A stretch of DNA of 42,367 nt, taken from a virus. Its lineage: Duplodnaviria > Caudoviricetes. The notes under the pieces were generated by a model, which ran no database searches, had not been told where the DNA came from, and worked only from the letters and a program-made list of their open reading frames with translations. Shown piece by piece: positions 26,101 through 34,829 of this stretch. The DNA is taken from the IMG/VR virus record IMGVR_UViG_3300016263_001470, positions 1 to 42,367 of that record, one strand, 5' to 3'. Within the stretch, counting starts at the first letter, position 1. Each line of letters opens with the position of its first letter. The position numbers were made by a program, and so were the translations under genes.

Positions 26101-26474
26101 AATGGCTTTTCTTGGCGTTAATTCTTTCTGGGTGCGCCTCCACAAAACATACATCTTCCGGATCCCTTACTCTCGAAGCAACGACGCAATCCGTCTTGAA
26201 GGCTCAATCCATAGCCCGCTCCATCCCTGAATGTCGTCCCGTGGCCGACGAGCTTGATAAGACCAAGGATCATATCCTCAAGCTTCAGGCTCAAGTTGAC
26301 AAGAACTTCAAGGAACGCCAGGAGATGGCGGAACGACTCGAATATCTTGAGGGCAAATACAGTAAGGCGATCGGTCTTCTTTGGAAATGGCGGTTTATTG
26401 CGATCGGCGGAATTCTTTTGTTACCCGCATTTTTAGCCTTGCGTCAGTTCTTTCCTTTTCTTAAACTATTCTAA
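26097..26474 (+). CDS. Lipoprotein with C-terminal TM; putative unimolecular spanin
   Basis: Lipobox LSGC, coiled-coil, TM FIAIGGILLLPAFLAL; next to holin and endolysin. Confidence 0.6.
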   Translation: MKWLFLALILSGCASTKHTSSGSLTLEATTQSVLKAQSIARSIPECRPVADELDKTKDHILKLQAQVDKNFKERQEMAERLEYLEGKYSKAIGLLWKWRFIAIGGILLLPAFLALRQFFPFLKLF

Positions 26475-26816
26475 GTGAAAAGGTGGCTTTGGGATAACGC
26501 CCAGGGACTTACAGCCCTCCTCTGCGGGGTGGGGCTTTTTCTTGCCTTGGGCCCTTTGCTCCACAAGTTTGACCCCGGAGCCGGGGTCGTCGATCTGGGA
26601 GCCCTCCATGTGGTCATTTTTGCCGCCGTCAAACTGCTCGCTGCCGTGTCCCTGGCCTGGGGAATCATCGCCATTGAATTCAAGTTCTTAAACGATTATG
26701 TCGACTCCAAAACGCTTTTGGAGGACTGGGTTGGGTTGGATGGTGAAGCCAGGGCCAAGATTTTAGTCGGTGTATTCCTGGGCCTTGTCCTGGCCTTCGC
26801 TCTTTTATGCGGGTGA
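26475..26816 (+). CDS. Holin (about 3 TM helices)
   Basis: Hydrophobic segments; overlaps the endolysin start. Confidence 0.65.
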   Translation: MKRWLWDNAQGLTALLCGVGLFLALGPLLHKFDPGAGVVDLGALHVVIFAAVKLLAAVSLAWGIIAIEFKFLNDYVDSKTLLEDWVGLDGEARAKILVGVFLGLVLAFALLCG

Positions 26817-27349
26817 TTTATGCGCTGGTTTTGGCGTCTTTATTTGGCCTGGGTCCCGGAACCGGAGCTTTGGCGGGAGACCCAGCGGCGGGACGTCCGG
26901 GAAATGAAAAAGTTATTCGAGTGGCTAGAGGAACCATTGGATGGCGAGAGGAGTCTGGAAACTCCGGGCCCCTGGTGGACAAAATCCTCGCATCGGTCGG
27001 ATTAAAGGGATCAAAGGCTCCGTGGTGCGCGGCCTGGGTGGTATATGTCGGAGATGAAGCATTCGGAAGGGAACAGAACCCCTACCCGCGTTCTGCTTGG
27101 AGCCCCGATTTCGTTAAACGTCCGGACTGGAACCGGGGGCGAGGAACGAGGCCGGGCCCGGCCGACGCCTTTGGGATATATTTTCCAAGCCTTGGCCGCG
27201 TGGCTCACACGGGGTTGGTGGAAAAGCTAGAAGGCAAAATGGTGGTTACCATCGAGGGAAACACCAACGACGATGGTAGCCGGGAGGGGGATGGGGTCTA
27301 TCGCAAGCGACGGCCTCTTGATACAATGTTGGCCAAGAGGTGGTTATGA
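26807..27349 (+). CDS. CHAP-domain endolysin with signal peptide
   Basis: PWCAAWV, HTGLV, TIEGNT; N-terminal hydrophobic stretch ending in ALA. Confidence 0.85.
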   Translation: MRVIYALVLASLFGLGPGTGALAGDPAAGRPGNEKVIRVARGTIGWREESGNSGPLVDKILASVGLKGSKAPWCAAWVVYVGDEAFGREQNPYPRSAWSPDFVKRPDWNRGRGTRPGPADAFGIYFPSLGRVAHTGLVEKLEGKMVVTIEGNTNDDGSREGDGVYRKRRPLDTMLAKRWL

Positions 27350-27759
27350 GTATTCGACTAGGCGCCATAGGTGTTCAGAGGGTTTCGGCCAAGCTCCTTT
27401 CCCAAGGGTTTTTGGTCAGCCTTCCCGTTTACGACGATGGATACGATCTTGTGGTCGATTGGAAAGGTAAACTTAGCCGTGTCCAGGTTAAATGCACTTG
27501 CGGTAGCGAAGACAGTCGCCGCAACAAGTTTAAGTTTCTGGCAGTCAAAGGCCCTGGTTTTGGCGTGTCACGATTTCGCGGACCAGATGGAGGCATTAAA
27601 CGGATATACAATAAAAGCGATTGCGACGCCTTTGTTTTTTACCACACGGCACAGGATATCTTTTTTGTCATGCCGACCGGAAAACTCCCAAAAACCAAAT
27701 CTGTTTACTTTGACCCTAATTCCAAATGGAGGGACAACTGGTCGGTCCTGAAAGCTTGA
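27346..27759 (+). CDS. PD-(D/E)XK endonuclease (homing-endonuclease-like)
   Basis: GAIG...YDLVVD...RVQVKC...CDAFVF; ATGA coupled. Confidence 0.75.
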   Translation: MSIRLGAIGVQRVSAKLLSQGFLVSLPVYDDGYDLVVDWKGKLSRVQVKCTCGSEDSRRNKFKFLAVKGPGFGVSRFRGPDGGIKRIYNKSDCDAFVFYHTAQDIFFVMPTGKLPKTKSVYFDPNSKWRDNWSVLKA

Positions 27760-27783
27760 CTCGTAAATTCAGACCGGCATACT
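27756..27783 (+). promoter_or_regulatory. Promoter
   Basis: TTGACT-16-CATACT, 7 nt before ATG 27791. Confidence 0.6.
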
Positions 27784-27790
27784 ACTTGCG

Positions 27791-29233
27791 ATGAGTTTTC
27801 CCAATCCCGACAACTACGGAAATAGCTGCGATTGCGGCCCAACAAATTCGACGCCGGCTCCCTCTCAGATTCAAAGTGAAATAGACGCCATCGAAACTAA
27901 CTTGGCGGCTCACGAAGCCGCGTATACAAATGTTCACGGGATAGGCGATACGTCTGTTTTGGCTACTATAAATTCCGCATCAAACCTTATTCCAAGATAC
28001 GCATTTGGGTGGCCAGCAAACAGGCTGACTTCTCTTCCCGCAGATCCGTCCTTTATTGGGGCAGCGACCGCATATTCGGGAACAGAACTTTCCGGTTTTC
28101 ATGTTATGTATGTTCCTATTTTTATCGGTAATAATGTGAGTGGATTTCCCAGACTTTTTCTTCCAAAAACAAATACTTCATCTTTAATTGTAAAAGCTTC
28201 TATTTTGGGCGGAGACCCGACAACCGGCGGATTTCTGACACCCGTCTATACGTGGCCTTCCGGCGGGGGAACAAGTCTTGCGTATCCCGAGGACGGATTT
28301 GTTTCCTGGACTGCCGGATCAACCGCTTCATTTAATCGCGGGTTGTATTTTATAGCTTTTAGATTTGAGTCCGGGGCTCAAAACGGAATTTATGTGATGG
28401 ATACTTCTACCACAGTAAATCAACGCCCAACTCTTTCTGAAATTACTTTTAGAACTCCGGCATTTTCTTATTATAGTTTCGATAGCGCCAAAATAATCCG
28501 TGTCGGGTCTATTCTGCGTAGGTATCTTGCTGCTCCTCCATGGCCTCCGGTTGACAATATAACCAATTTAAATCCATGCGCCGAATTTACTGGGAAAAGA
28601 ATCGTTGAAGTTGACGGGCCAGCAGCAACCCCACAAAACGCAAATTCGACAAGTGTAAGTTTTGTGACCCAAGGTTGGTCCGGAAGTATTACAAGAGCAA
28701 ATGACGCGGTTTATCCAGGCCCGACACTGGTCTCGACATCACCAAGCCCAGCAGGTGGGTGGAATTATTTGACTTCCGCCAACCCAGGTGTTTATAATGC
28801 TTCTACTAGCTCTTATTTTGAAGTTTTAGTAACCCCCTCGTCAGGAACTTCTGGAACCGTCACGCTGACAGGTTTTGAATTTTATTCAAGATCAACAGGA
28901 TCCGGGCCTACAAACGTGACCGTTGCGTTTTTGGACTCTGCAAATAATGTGTTAACTGTTTCCGCTTTTACTGTTCCCACTACTTCCGTTTGGACTTTGC
29001 TTACCGGGACCGTATCCGTTCCGATAACTGTTAGCACTTCTGCCCCGTCATTTAAAGTAAGAATTTACGGATCTGGTGGATCTGCTCCGTCCGCTTCCGG
29101 GAATTGGAGGATCGACGGTTTTAAACTCACAGGATCTTATGCAAGCTCGATTGCTCAATATTCTTTTTCAGAGATATTGCCTCTTTTCTACTTTGGGTTT
29201 AGTAATGTAGTAAGTGGAGGCTCCGGTCCATGA
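27791..29233 (+). CDS. Putative tail fibre/receptor-binding protein
   Basis: N-terminal AHEAAYTNVHGI fibre-type motif; S/T/G-rich beta domains. Confidence 0.6.
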   Translation: MSFPNPDNYGNSCDCGPTNSTPAPSQIQSEIDAIETNLAAHEAAYTNVHGIGDTSVLATINSASNLIPRYAFGWPANRLTSLPADPSFIGAATAYSGTELSGFHVMYVPIFIGNNVSGFPRLFLPKTNTSSLIVKASILGGDPTTGGFLTPVYTWPSGGGTSLAYPEDGFVSWTAGSTASFNRGLYFIAFRFESGAQNGIYVMDTSTTVNQRPTLSEITFRTPAFSYYSFDSAKIIRVGSILRRYLAAPPWPPVDNITNLNPCAEFTGKRIVEVDGPAATPQNANSTSVSFVTQGWSGSITRANDAVYPGPTLVSTSPSPAGGWNYLTSANPGVYNASTSSYFEVLVTPSSGTSGTVTLTGFEFYSRSTGSGPTNVTVAFLDSANNVLTVSAFTVPTTSVWTLLTGTVSVPITVSTSAPSFKVRIYGSGGSAPSASGNWRIDGFKLTGSYASSIAQYSFSEILPLFYFGFSNVVSGGSGP

Positions 29234-29389
29234 GCCTTAACAGCAGGTGGTCGGCTCGGGGGTATGCGGTCAACCGCAGGTTTTTGCCAACCTCGGCGAA
29301 AATGCTCCCGGAGGTAGTCGTAGCCCGCGGATCAGCTAGGCCGAAAGGTTTAGTCCCGACGGGCAACCATCTGCTGTTAGGGCTTATGG
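29228..29389 (+). ncRNA. Unassigned highly structured RNA
   Basis: 24-bp closing helix (3 G-U) enclosing a multibranch fold with a GAAA tetraloop. Confidence 0.7.
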
Positions 29390-29423
29390 TAAAGCCTAGT
29401 TAGTCTAACAAGAGGAGAACAAA

Positions 29424-31259
29424 ATGAGCTGCGATTGCAACACACTTATTGTTGGTGAAGCCGGGCCCCAGGGACCGCAGGGGCTTGCAGGTACAAACGG
29501 AACTAACGGCACTAATGGAATCAATGCGTTTACCACGCTGACCACCCAGTTTACCCAGCCCGCGGTTAGCGGAAGTGTGACAATTGTGGTTGGAAACAAC
29601 CAGTGGATTGCCACCGGTCAGGCGATTTATATCTCTGGAGCTGGTTTTTATACTGCCACGTCTTTTTCGGGCACCACAGATGTTGTTTGTACTTTGGTCC
29701 AGACCGACGGAATAGCCCCGGGTAATCCCGTTTCTTCGGGTAGAAAAATATCTCCGTCCGCTATTGCAACATACGCCGCTCCACTCTCTTCCCTAACTGT
29801 TAATGGCGATTCCTCCCTGGACGGAGCCGTTGTCGTCAATGAAACCGGTGCGGATAAAGACGTGCGGGTTGAGGGGGATACCGACACAAATCTACTGCGA
29901 ACCGACGCCAGCACTGACCGAGTTGGAATTGGTATCGCCGCCCCAGAAACCAAGTTTCATGTGGCCGGTGGTTTTAAGGTGGGAACAGCCGCCTCCGGTG
30001 CCGATGCATTGTTTACCCAAGCAGCCACCTTTAACGATAACCAGGCTTCCGCAGGTGATTTTGCCGTTAAAAGTCAAAATTTTTCTGCCGCTCTGTTTGT
30101 AGACGCTAGTACCGACCGTGTTGGGATTGGGACAAATACTCCGGCCAAACTTTTGGACGTGGCCGGCGCTATGGAAACCAATACTATTCTGGTCAATCCA
30201 GCAGGTGTTGCGGGCACCGAAGTCCTAAAAGTGCTTGGAACAAGCAGCGCTGTTCCCCTTGTCGTGGACGCCACCAACAATCGGGTTGGTATTAAGACAG
30301 CCAGCCCGTCCGTTGAACTGGACGTTACCGGTGCTGCAAAAATCAGTGGCAATCTCGCCGTGGATACAAATGTTTTATTTGTCGACACGTCGACAAATCG
30401 AGTCGGGATAAACGACGCCACCCCGAGTTACAGTCTCGATGTGACTGGTGATGCCAACATTACTAGCACTCTTGACGTTGGCGGAAATACAAATATCGTA
30501 GGAGATCTCGGGGTGACAAGCGGCACTCTAAGCGTGTCTGGGACCTCCACATTAGCCGGGGTAAACGCTTCGGGAGCCGTAACTGTTGGCGGAAATTTAA
30601 CGGTCGATACAAGTACTTTGTTTGTTGGCGCAACAGACAATTTTGTGGGAATTAGAACTACCACCCCGATAACCGACGCTTCTTTAATAATCGGATCCGG
30701 GGATTTAAGAATAGGAACTAATGTTCTTTTTGTGGATGAATCAATCGCTTCCATTGGTATTAACAATGGAACCCCAACTGCTGAATTAGATCTTATTGGA
30801 GACGCTAAAATCAGCGGCGATCTGGCGGTCGACAACAATGTTTTGTTTGTTAACTCATCTTCAAATAAAGTTGGAATTAAAAACTCAACCCCATCCACCG
30901 AATTGGATGTGACCGGGGCAGTACAGGCTACTTCTTATCAAATTGAAGCTTCAGCCGGTAAACTTACAAAAATTTATTTTTTTACCGGAAGTGCAAATAC
31001 ACTGAATATAGCTCCGAATGCTTCTCAGAGTTTTACTGATATTGTTACTGGAGCTGCGATAGGTGATTTTGTTATTTCATCTTTATCCTCAGTTCCGGCT
31101 ACGGCTAATTTTACTGATGATGTTGTTTTTGTCAGTAAAATAACAGCAGCAGGTACAGTAACTTTTACCTATACAAACACAGACGCAAGCGGGTCAACCA
31201 CAACCTACACAGATTCTGTTACTCTTAATCATATTGTAATCCGCGCCGCCGCGTCATGA
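29424..31259 (+). CDS. Tail fibre protein
   Basis: Short collagen-like GPQ/GTN run; repeated LFVD..NRVGI..P..LDV.G units; AGAGGAG RBS. Confidence 0.8.
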   Translation: MSCDCNTLIVGEAGPQGPQGLAGTNGTNGTNGINAFTTLTTQFTQPAVSGSVTIVVGNNQWIATGQAIYISGAGFYTATSFSGTTDVVCTLVQTDGIAPGNPVSSGRKISPSAIATYAAPLSSLTVNGDSSLDGAVVVNETGADKDVRVEGDTDTNLLRTDASTDRVGIGIAAPETKFHVAGGFKVGTAASGADALFTQAATFNDNQASAGDFAVKSQNFSAALFVDASTDRVGIGTNTPAKLLDVAGAMETNTILVNPAGVAGTEVLKVLGTSSAVPLVVDATNNRVGIKTASPSVELDVTGAAKISGNLAVDTNVLFVDTSTNRVGINDATPSYSLDVTGDANITSTLDVGGNTNIVGDLGVTSGTLSVSGTSTLAGVNASGAVTVGGNLTVDTSTLFVGATDNFVGIRTTTPITDASLIIGSGDLRIGTNVLFVDESIASIGINNGTPTAELDLIGDAKISGDLAVDNNVLFVNSSSNKVGIKNSTPSTELDVTGAVQATSYQIEASAGKLTKIYFFTGSANTLNIAPNASQSFTDIVTGAAIGDFVISSLSSVPATANFTDDVVFVSKITAAGTVTFTYTNTDASGSTTTYTDSVTLNHIVIRAAAS

Positions 31260-33190
31260 TCAAAGACCCCAACAGGCTGGTGGAGGGGATAACCTCCTTC
31301 ATCGGAGGGGCGAATTCCAGTGTCGATCCGGCCCTTCTACCGGAGAATCAATACTCCTGGGGTGTGAATGTCCGGGTTCGTGGCGGATACCCCCGCACAC
31401 GACCCGGATTTAAGTTTATCAAGGCGTTGCCAAATGGTGTTGTTCAGGGGGCTTCTTATTTTAAAACAAGATCAGATGAAGAGCTTATTAGTCTGATTGA
31501 TGGAAGACTTTACAATCTTCAACCGACCAATCCCTCGGCTCCCGTTTTTGACGTTACTCCAGCCAACGAAACAAATAATATTGTGACACGGCAAGCTTCT
31601 CTTGTTGCGGCCAACGATTATCTGGTTATTCAGGATGGAATAAGTTCTCCAATTGTTTATACTGGATCAAGTTCTTTTCGATCAGAAAACATCCTAAATG
31701 AAAATGATTCTGTTTTAACATTGCCCTGTACCATAGGGGCAAATAATCCTAGGATGAATGTATCATCGACGGCCGGACTTTTTCCTGGAATGCTCGCCCA
31801 AGCCGCTCGTGGTATTCCAGCTAATTCCGTGATTGTTTCCGTGGATTCCAGCACGGAAATTACTTTGAGCAAACCCTGTACGCTGACTGCATTAGCCGAA
31901 GTCAAATTTTATTCTCCAGGGCCGTTGCAGCTTGATGTATCTATTCCCGTCGGAGACATTATGGCATTTGGAAACGGAAGACTTTGGGTGGCCAGCCGCA
32001 ATGAGCTTTTTGCCGGAGATTTGGCTGGAAGTTATCCCGGGTCAGAAATTCGTTTTTCCGAGACACAATATTTGACCGGCGGTGGAAGTTTTTCGTTTGC
32101 GGATGATATTACCGGATTAGCATTTCTTCCGGGATCTGATACCTCCACCGGACAGGGCGATTTGATTGTATTTACCAGAAATGATATCGGGGCAATTAAA
32201 GCTTATGTGTTTGACCGAAATCAGTGGCAAACTACCCAGGGCATGCAACGTAGGTTGTTTTTGGGGGGTGGGGCAGAAAGTCCGGACGCCATGATTGTTA
32301 CAAATAACGACATTTTTTTCCGTTCATTGGATGGAGTTCGTTCACTCATCCAGACTGTTCAGGAAGCCAAACATGGTACCGTAAGCCTTGCCGACAGCAT
32401 CGAAGCCAACCGTGTCATTAAATTTGACACGGAACGATGGATCAGGTACGCCCCGGCAGTGTATTTCGATAACCGGGCATTACACGGATGCGCCCCGAAA
32501 ATCCAAAAAGTCGCTGGAGATCCTACTTCCTACAATGTGGTTTTTACCAAGATTGTAACCCAGGATTTTAACCCAGGGGTTTATCAGGGTAATTATCCTC
32601 CGATTTATGACGGAGAATGGACCGGACTTCAGGTTTGCAAGTTTGCAGTCGGCGTGTTTGACGGTGAAAAACGTTGCTTTGCCATTGTATGCGGTTCCGA
32701 TGGAAATAACGCCCTCTATGAGGTTACGACTAACGATTATTATGATACAGTCCCCGATGGGGTGGGCGGGACAACGTCACTTGATATTACGTCTTCTGTC
32801 GAGTTTCGGCGCATGGATTTGGGTGTTCCTTTTGAAATCAAGGAGCTTTTCCGGGCGGATATTAGCCTTTCGGATGTGTATGGAACCGTAACCTGGTCTC
32901 TTGATTTTGCTCCCGATTACTACCCAACCTTTTTGCCGGTTCAATCTGGGTCGGTTGATTTTGATACTGAAACCCCGTCAATCACCACCTGCGCTCCTCC
33001 CGAACTTGCCCTTGGATACGCAAACATTCGGACAGTAAAACCATCGGACTCTTGTGTTACCGGAGTAGGACGTAAAGCCCGTTTTGGGTATTTATTCCAG
33101 CCAAAAATGTCCTGGACCGGTCATGCCCGGTTGGCTCTTTTCCGCATGCATGCCTTGAGAAAGGACGCCAGCGACTTGGGCGAATGTTGA
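31256..33190 (+). CDS. Tail nozzle/stabilisation protein (tail tubular B-like)
   Basis: GGANS..P..LPENQ..NV..TRPG N-terminus; beta-propeller-like; podovirus tail context. Confidence 0.65.
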   Translation: MIKDPNRLVEGITSFIGGANSSVDPALLPENQYSWGVNVRVRGGYPRTRPGFKFIKALPNGVVQGASYFKTRSDEELISLIDGRLYNLQPTNPSAPVFDVTPANETNNIVTRQASLVAANDYLVIQDGISSPIVYTGSSSFRSENILNENDSVLTLPCTIGANNPRMNVSSTAGLFPGMLAQAARGIPANSVIVSVDSSTEITLSKPCTLTALAEVKFYSPGPLQLDVSIPVGDIMAFGNGRLWVASRNELFAGDLAGSYPGSEIRFSETQYLTGGGSFSFADDITGLAFLPGSDTSTGQGDLIVFTRNDIGAIKAYVFDRNQWQTTQGMQRRLFLGGGAESPDAMIVTNNDIFFRSLDGVRSLIQTVQEAKHGTVSLADSIEANRVIKFDTERWIRYAPAVYFDNRALHGCAPKIQKVAGDPTSYNVVFTKIVTQDFNPGVYQGNYPPIYDGEWTGLQVCKFAVGVFDGEKRCFAIVCGSDGNNALYEVTTNDYYDTVPDGVGGTTSLDITSSVEFRRMDLGVPFEIKELFRADISLSDVYGTVTWSLDFAPDYYPTFLPVQSGSVDFDTETPSITTCAPPELALGYANIRTVKPSDSCVTGVGRKARFGYLFQPKMSWTGHARLALFRMHALRKDASDLGEC

Positions 33191-33191
33191 T

Positions 33192-33911
33192 ATGGCCGAC
33201 CGAATTGAGTATCAAGGAGTGCCTTTGCCTTCCGGTCTTCCCGGTTTTGGCGGTGGGACGGTCGAAGTTCTTACTTTACCTGGCTTTAACACAGTTGTGG
33301 CTCCTTTAAAATTTGGTCCTGTGGTAGATGCAATAAACGCAGCTACACCGGACCCAACCCCTCCTGCCGGAAGTAATCCGGACGACCCAACAAACGAAGT
33401 TGTTGATCCAGGACCCGCACCGACTAACCCTGGAGGGCCGTTTCAGGATGAAAGATTTTCAAATCTTTGTTCTACTTATGATTGCACCCCTGATCCGGAT
33501 TTAAATCAACCTTTGGTTTTCGCCCAAAAAGTTGCCGACCCCATTTGTGTTGCTTGTAAAAAACAAGGAGACAAGTATTATCCAAATTTTTTTACAGCTT
33601 CCAGTACCTCCGTTGGCGTTTATTATGTTGGTGCAGATCATATACAGGGTAAAGCAAGCGGGTCCGAATGGAATATTCGAGTCGAAGGATTTGAAACAGA
33701 TAAAGACAGTGGTTATTTTAAAATAGGACAAAATGAATTTAGTAGCGGAGCAAAATTAGACAAAGATAAAGTGATTATCTCTGGAACAGAATATAGAAAG
33801 GGAGCAAGAATATATGATATTGATACCGCCAGAACTTATGAGCCAAAAACCTTGGAAGTTTGTGTTGGTGGGGAAACCAAAACCTGGTTTGTACTGGCTT
33901 ACGAGCAATAA
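33192..33911 (+). CDS. Hypothetical tail protein (5 Cys)
   Basis: 239 aa, Pro-rich N-half. Confidence 0.6.
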   Translation: MADRIEYQGVPLPSGLPGFGGGTVEVLTLPGFNTVVAPLKFGPVVDAINAATPDPTPPAGSNPDDPTNEVVDPGPAPTNPGGPFQDERFSNLCSTYDCTPDPDLNQPLVFAQKVADPICVACKKQGDKYYPNFFTASSTSVGVYYVGADHIQGKASGSEWNIRVEGFETDKDSGYFKIGQNEFSSGAKLDKDKVIISGTEYRKGARIYDIDTARTYEPKTLEVCVGGETKTWFVLAYEQ

Positions 33912-33914
33912 TTT

Positions 33915-34364
33915 ATGGCTGAATACCCCATTACCGTAGCCTCCGTTCCATCAACGGCTTGTTATCCGTCGACACCCCAGTCGCTCTTAACCAGCCTTGC
34001 GGAATATATTACTGTTCAGATTGACGAGACAAAACAGATTTACATTGTAAGTCCCACGGCTCCAAATGCTGAAAACCAGAATAAACCCTGGTTTCAAACC
34101 TATACTTCCGGTAGTGGTTATGGGCTACCTAAAGTGGTTCGCCTTTACTCTAACGGCCAATGGAAAGAGTTTGCCCAGTTAAAACAGGGCGATATGATTG
34201 TTACAGAGGCTAATAAAGCCGTAAATTCGCCTTGGGGTGAAAGCGGTTATACCTATTCTTTTGGCGATACTGGAATCTCCAACTACACTCCGGGGACCCT
34301 TCCCACTGCCCCAGATGGATTTAAATATAAGGTTTATGTTGGCTATTGGACAACCAAGTCCTGA
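33915..34364 (+). CDS. Tail protein, paralog 1
   Basis: Aligns end to end with 34404-34829. Confidence 0.65.
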   Translation: MAEYPITVASVPSTACYPSTPQSLLTSLAEYITVQIDETKQIYIVSPTAPNAENQNKPWFQTYTSGSGYGLPKVVRLYSNGQWKEFAQLKQGDMIVTEANKAVNSPWGESGYTYSFGDTGISNYTPGTLPTAPDGFKYKVYVGYWTTKS

Positions 34365-34366
34365 TG

Positions 34367-34394
34367 TTGACACAAAATCCTAAGCCGTTAATCT
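34367..34394 (+). promoter_or_regulatory. Promoter
   Basis: TTGACA-16-TAATCT, 9 nt before ATG 34404. Confidence 0.6.
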
Positions 34395-34403
34395 AAAGAA
34401 GCT

Positions 34404-34829
34404 ATGGCCGTTTATAACCTAAGTGCCGGAACCCTTCCCGCAAACACTGGGTACCCGGCAAATGTTCAGGCTTTGCTGGATCTTTTCCAGTCCTATTTGA
34501 CGGTTATTTCCGACGATTCACTCAATACGATTGTCGTTTCAAGCACCACTCCGAACTCGGATGACAACAATAAAGTGTGGTTCCAAACCACTTCCGATGT
34601 CAACGGAGACCCCCAGTCCATTAAACTTTATGTGGCTGGAAAGTGGGAAGAGTTCACTCCATTCGCCTTTGGGGACATGGTTTTGACCGACGCCAATTCA
34701 ACAATCGTTTCCCCATGGGGAGTTGGCAACACGACTTATGTGGTTGACGGGATCAGCAAACTGACGCCCACGACTCCGACTGCACCTGCCGGTACCCAGT
34801 ACAAAGTTTACGTGGGGTATTACGAATGA
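34404..34829 (+). CDS. Tail protein, paralog 2
   Basis: Shares NK.WFQT, W.EF, GDM, SPWG and YKVYVGY with the upstream gene. Confidence 0.65.
   Translation: MAVYNLSAGTLPANTGYPANVQALLDLFQSYLTVISDDSLNTIVVSSTTPNSDDNNKVWFQTTSDVNGDPQSIKLYVAGKWEEFTPFAFGDMVLTDANSTIVSPWGVGNTTYVVDGISKLTPTTPTAPAGTQYKVYVGYYE

Noticed and set aside
29231-29423. Readthrough or bypass fusing the two fibre genes; hammerhead, SRP or tRNA identity for the RNA
   Set aside because: Readthrough hits TAG within 30 codons and the next gene has a strong RBS; no CUGANGA core, SRP loop or cloverleaf seen
23225-31259. Diversity-generating retroelement acting on tail fibres
   Set aside because: No reverse transcriptase and no TR/VR pair noticed in the window
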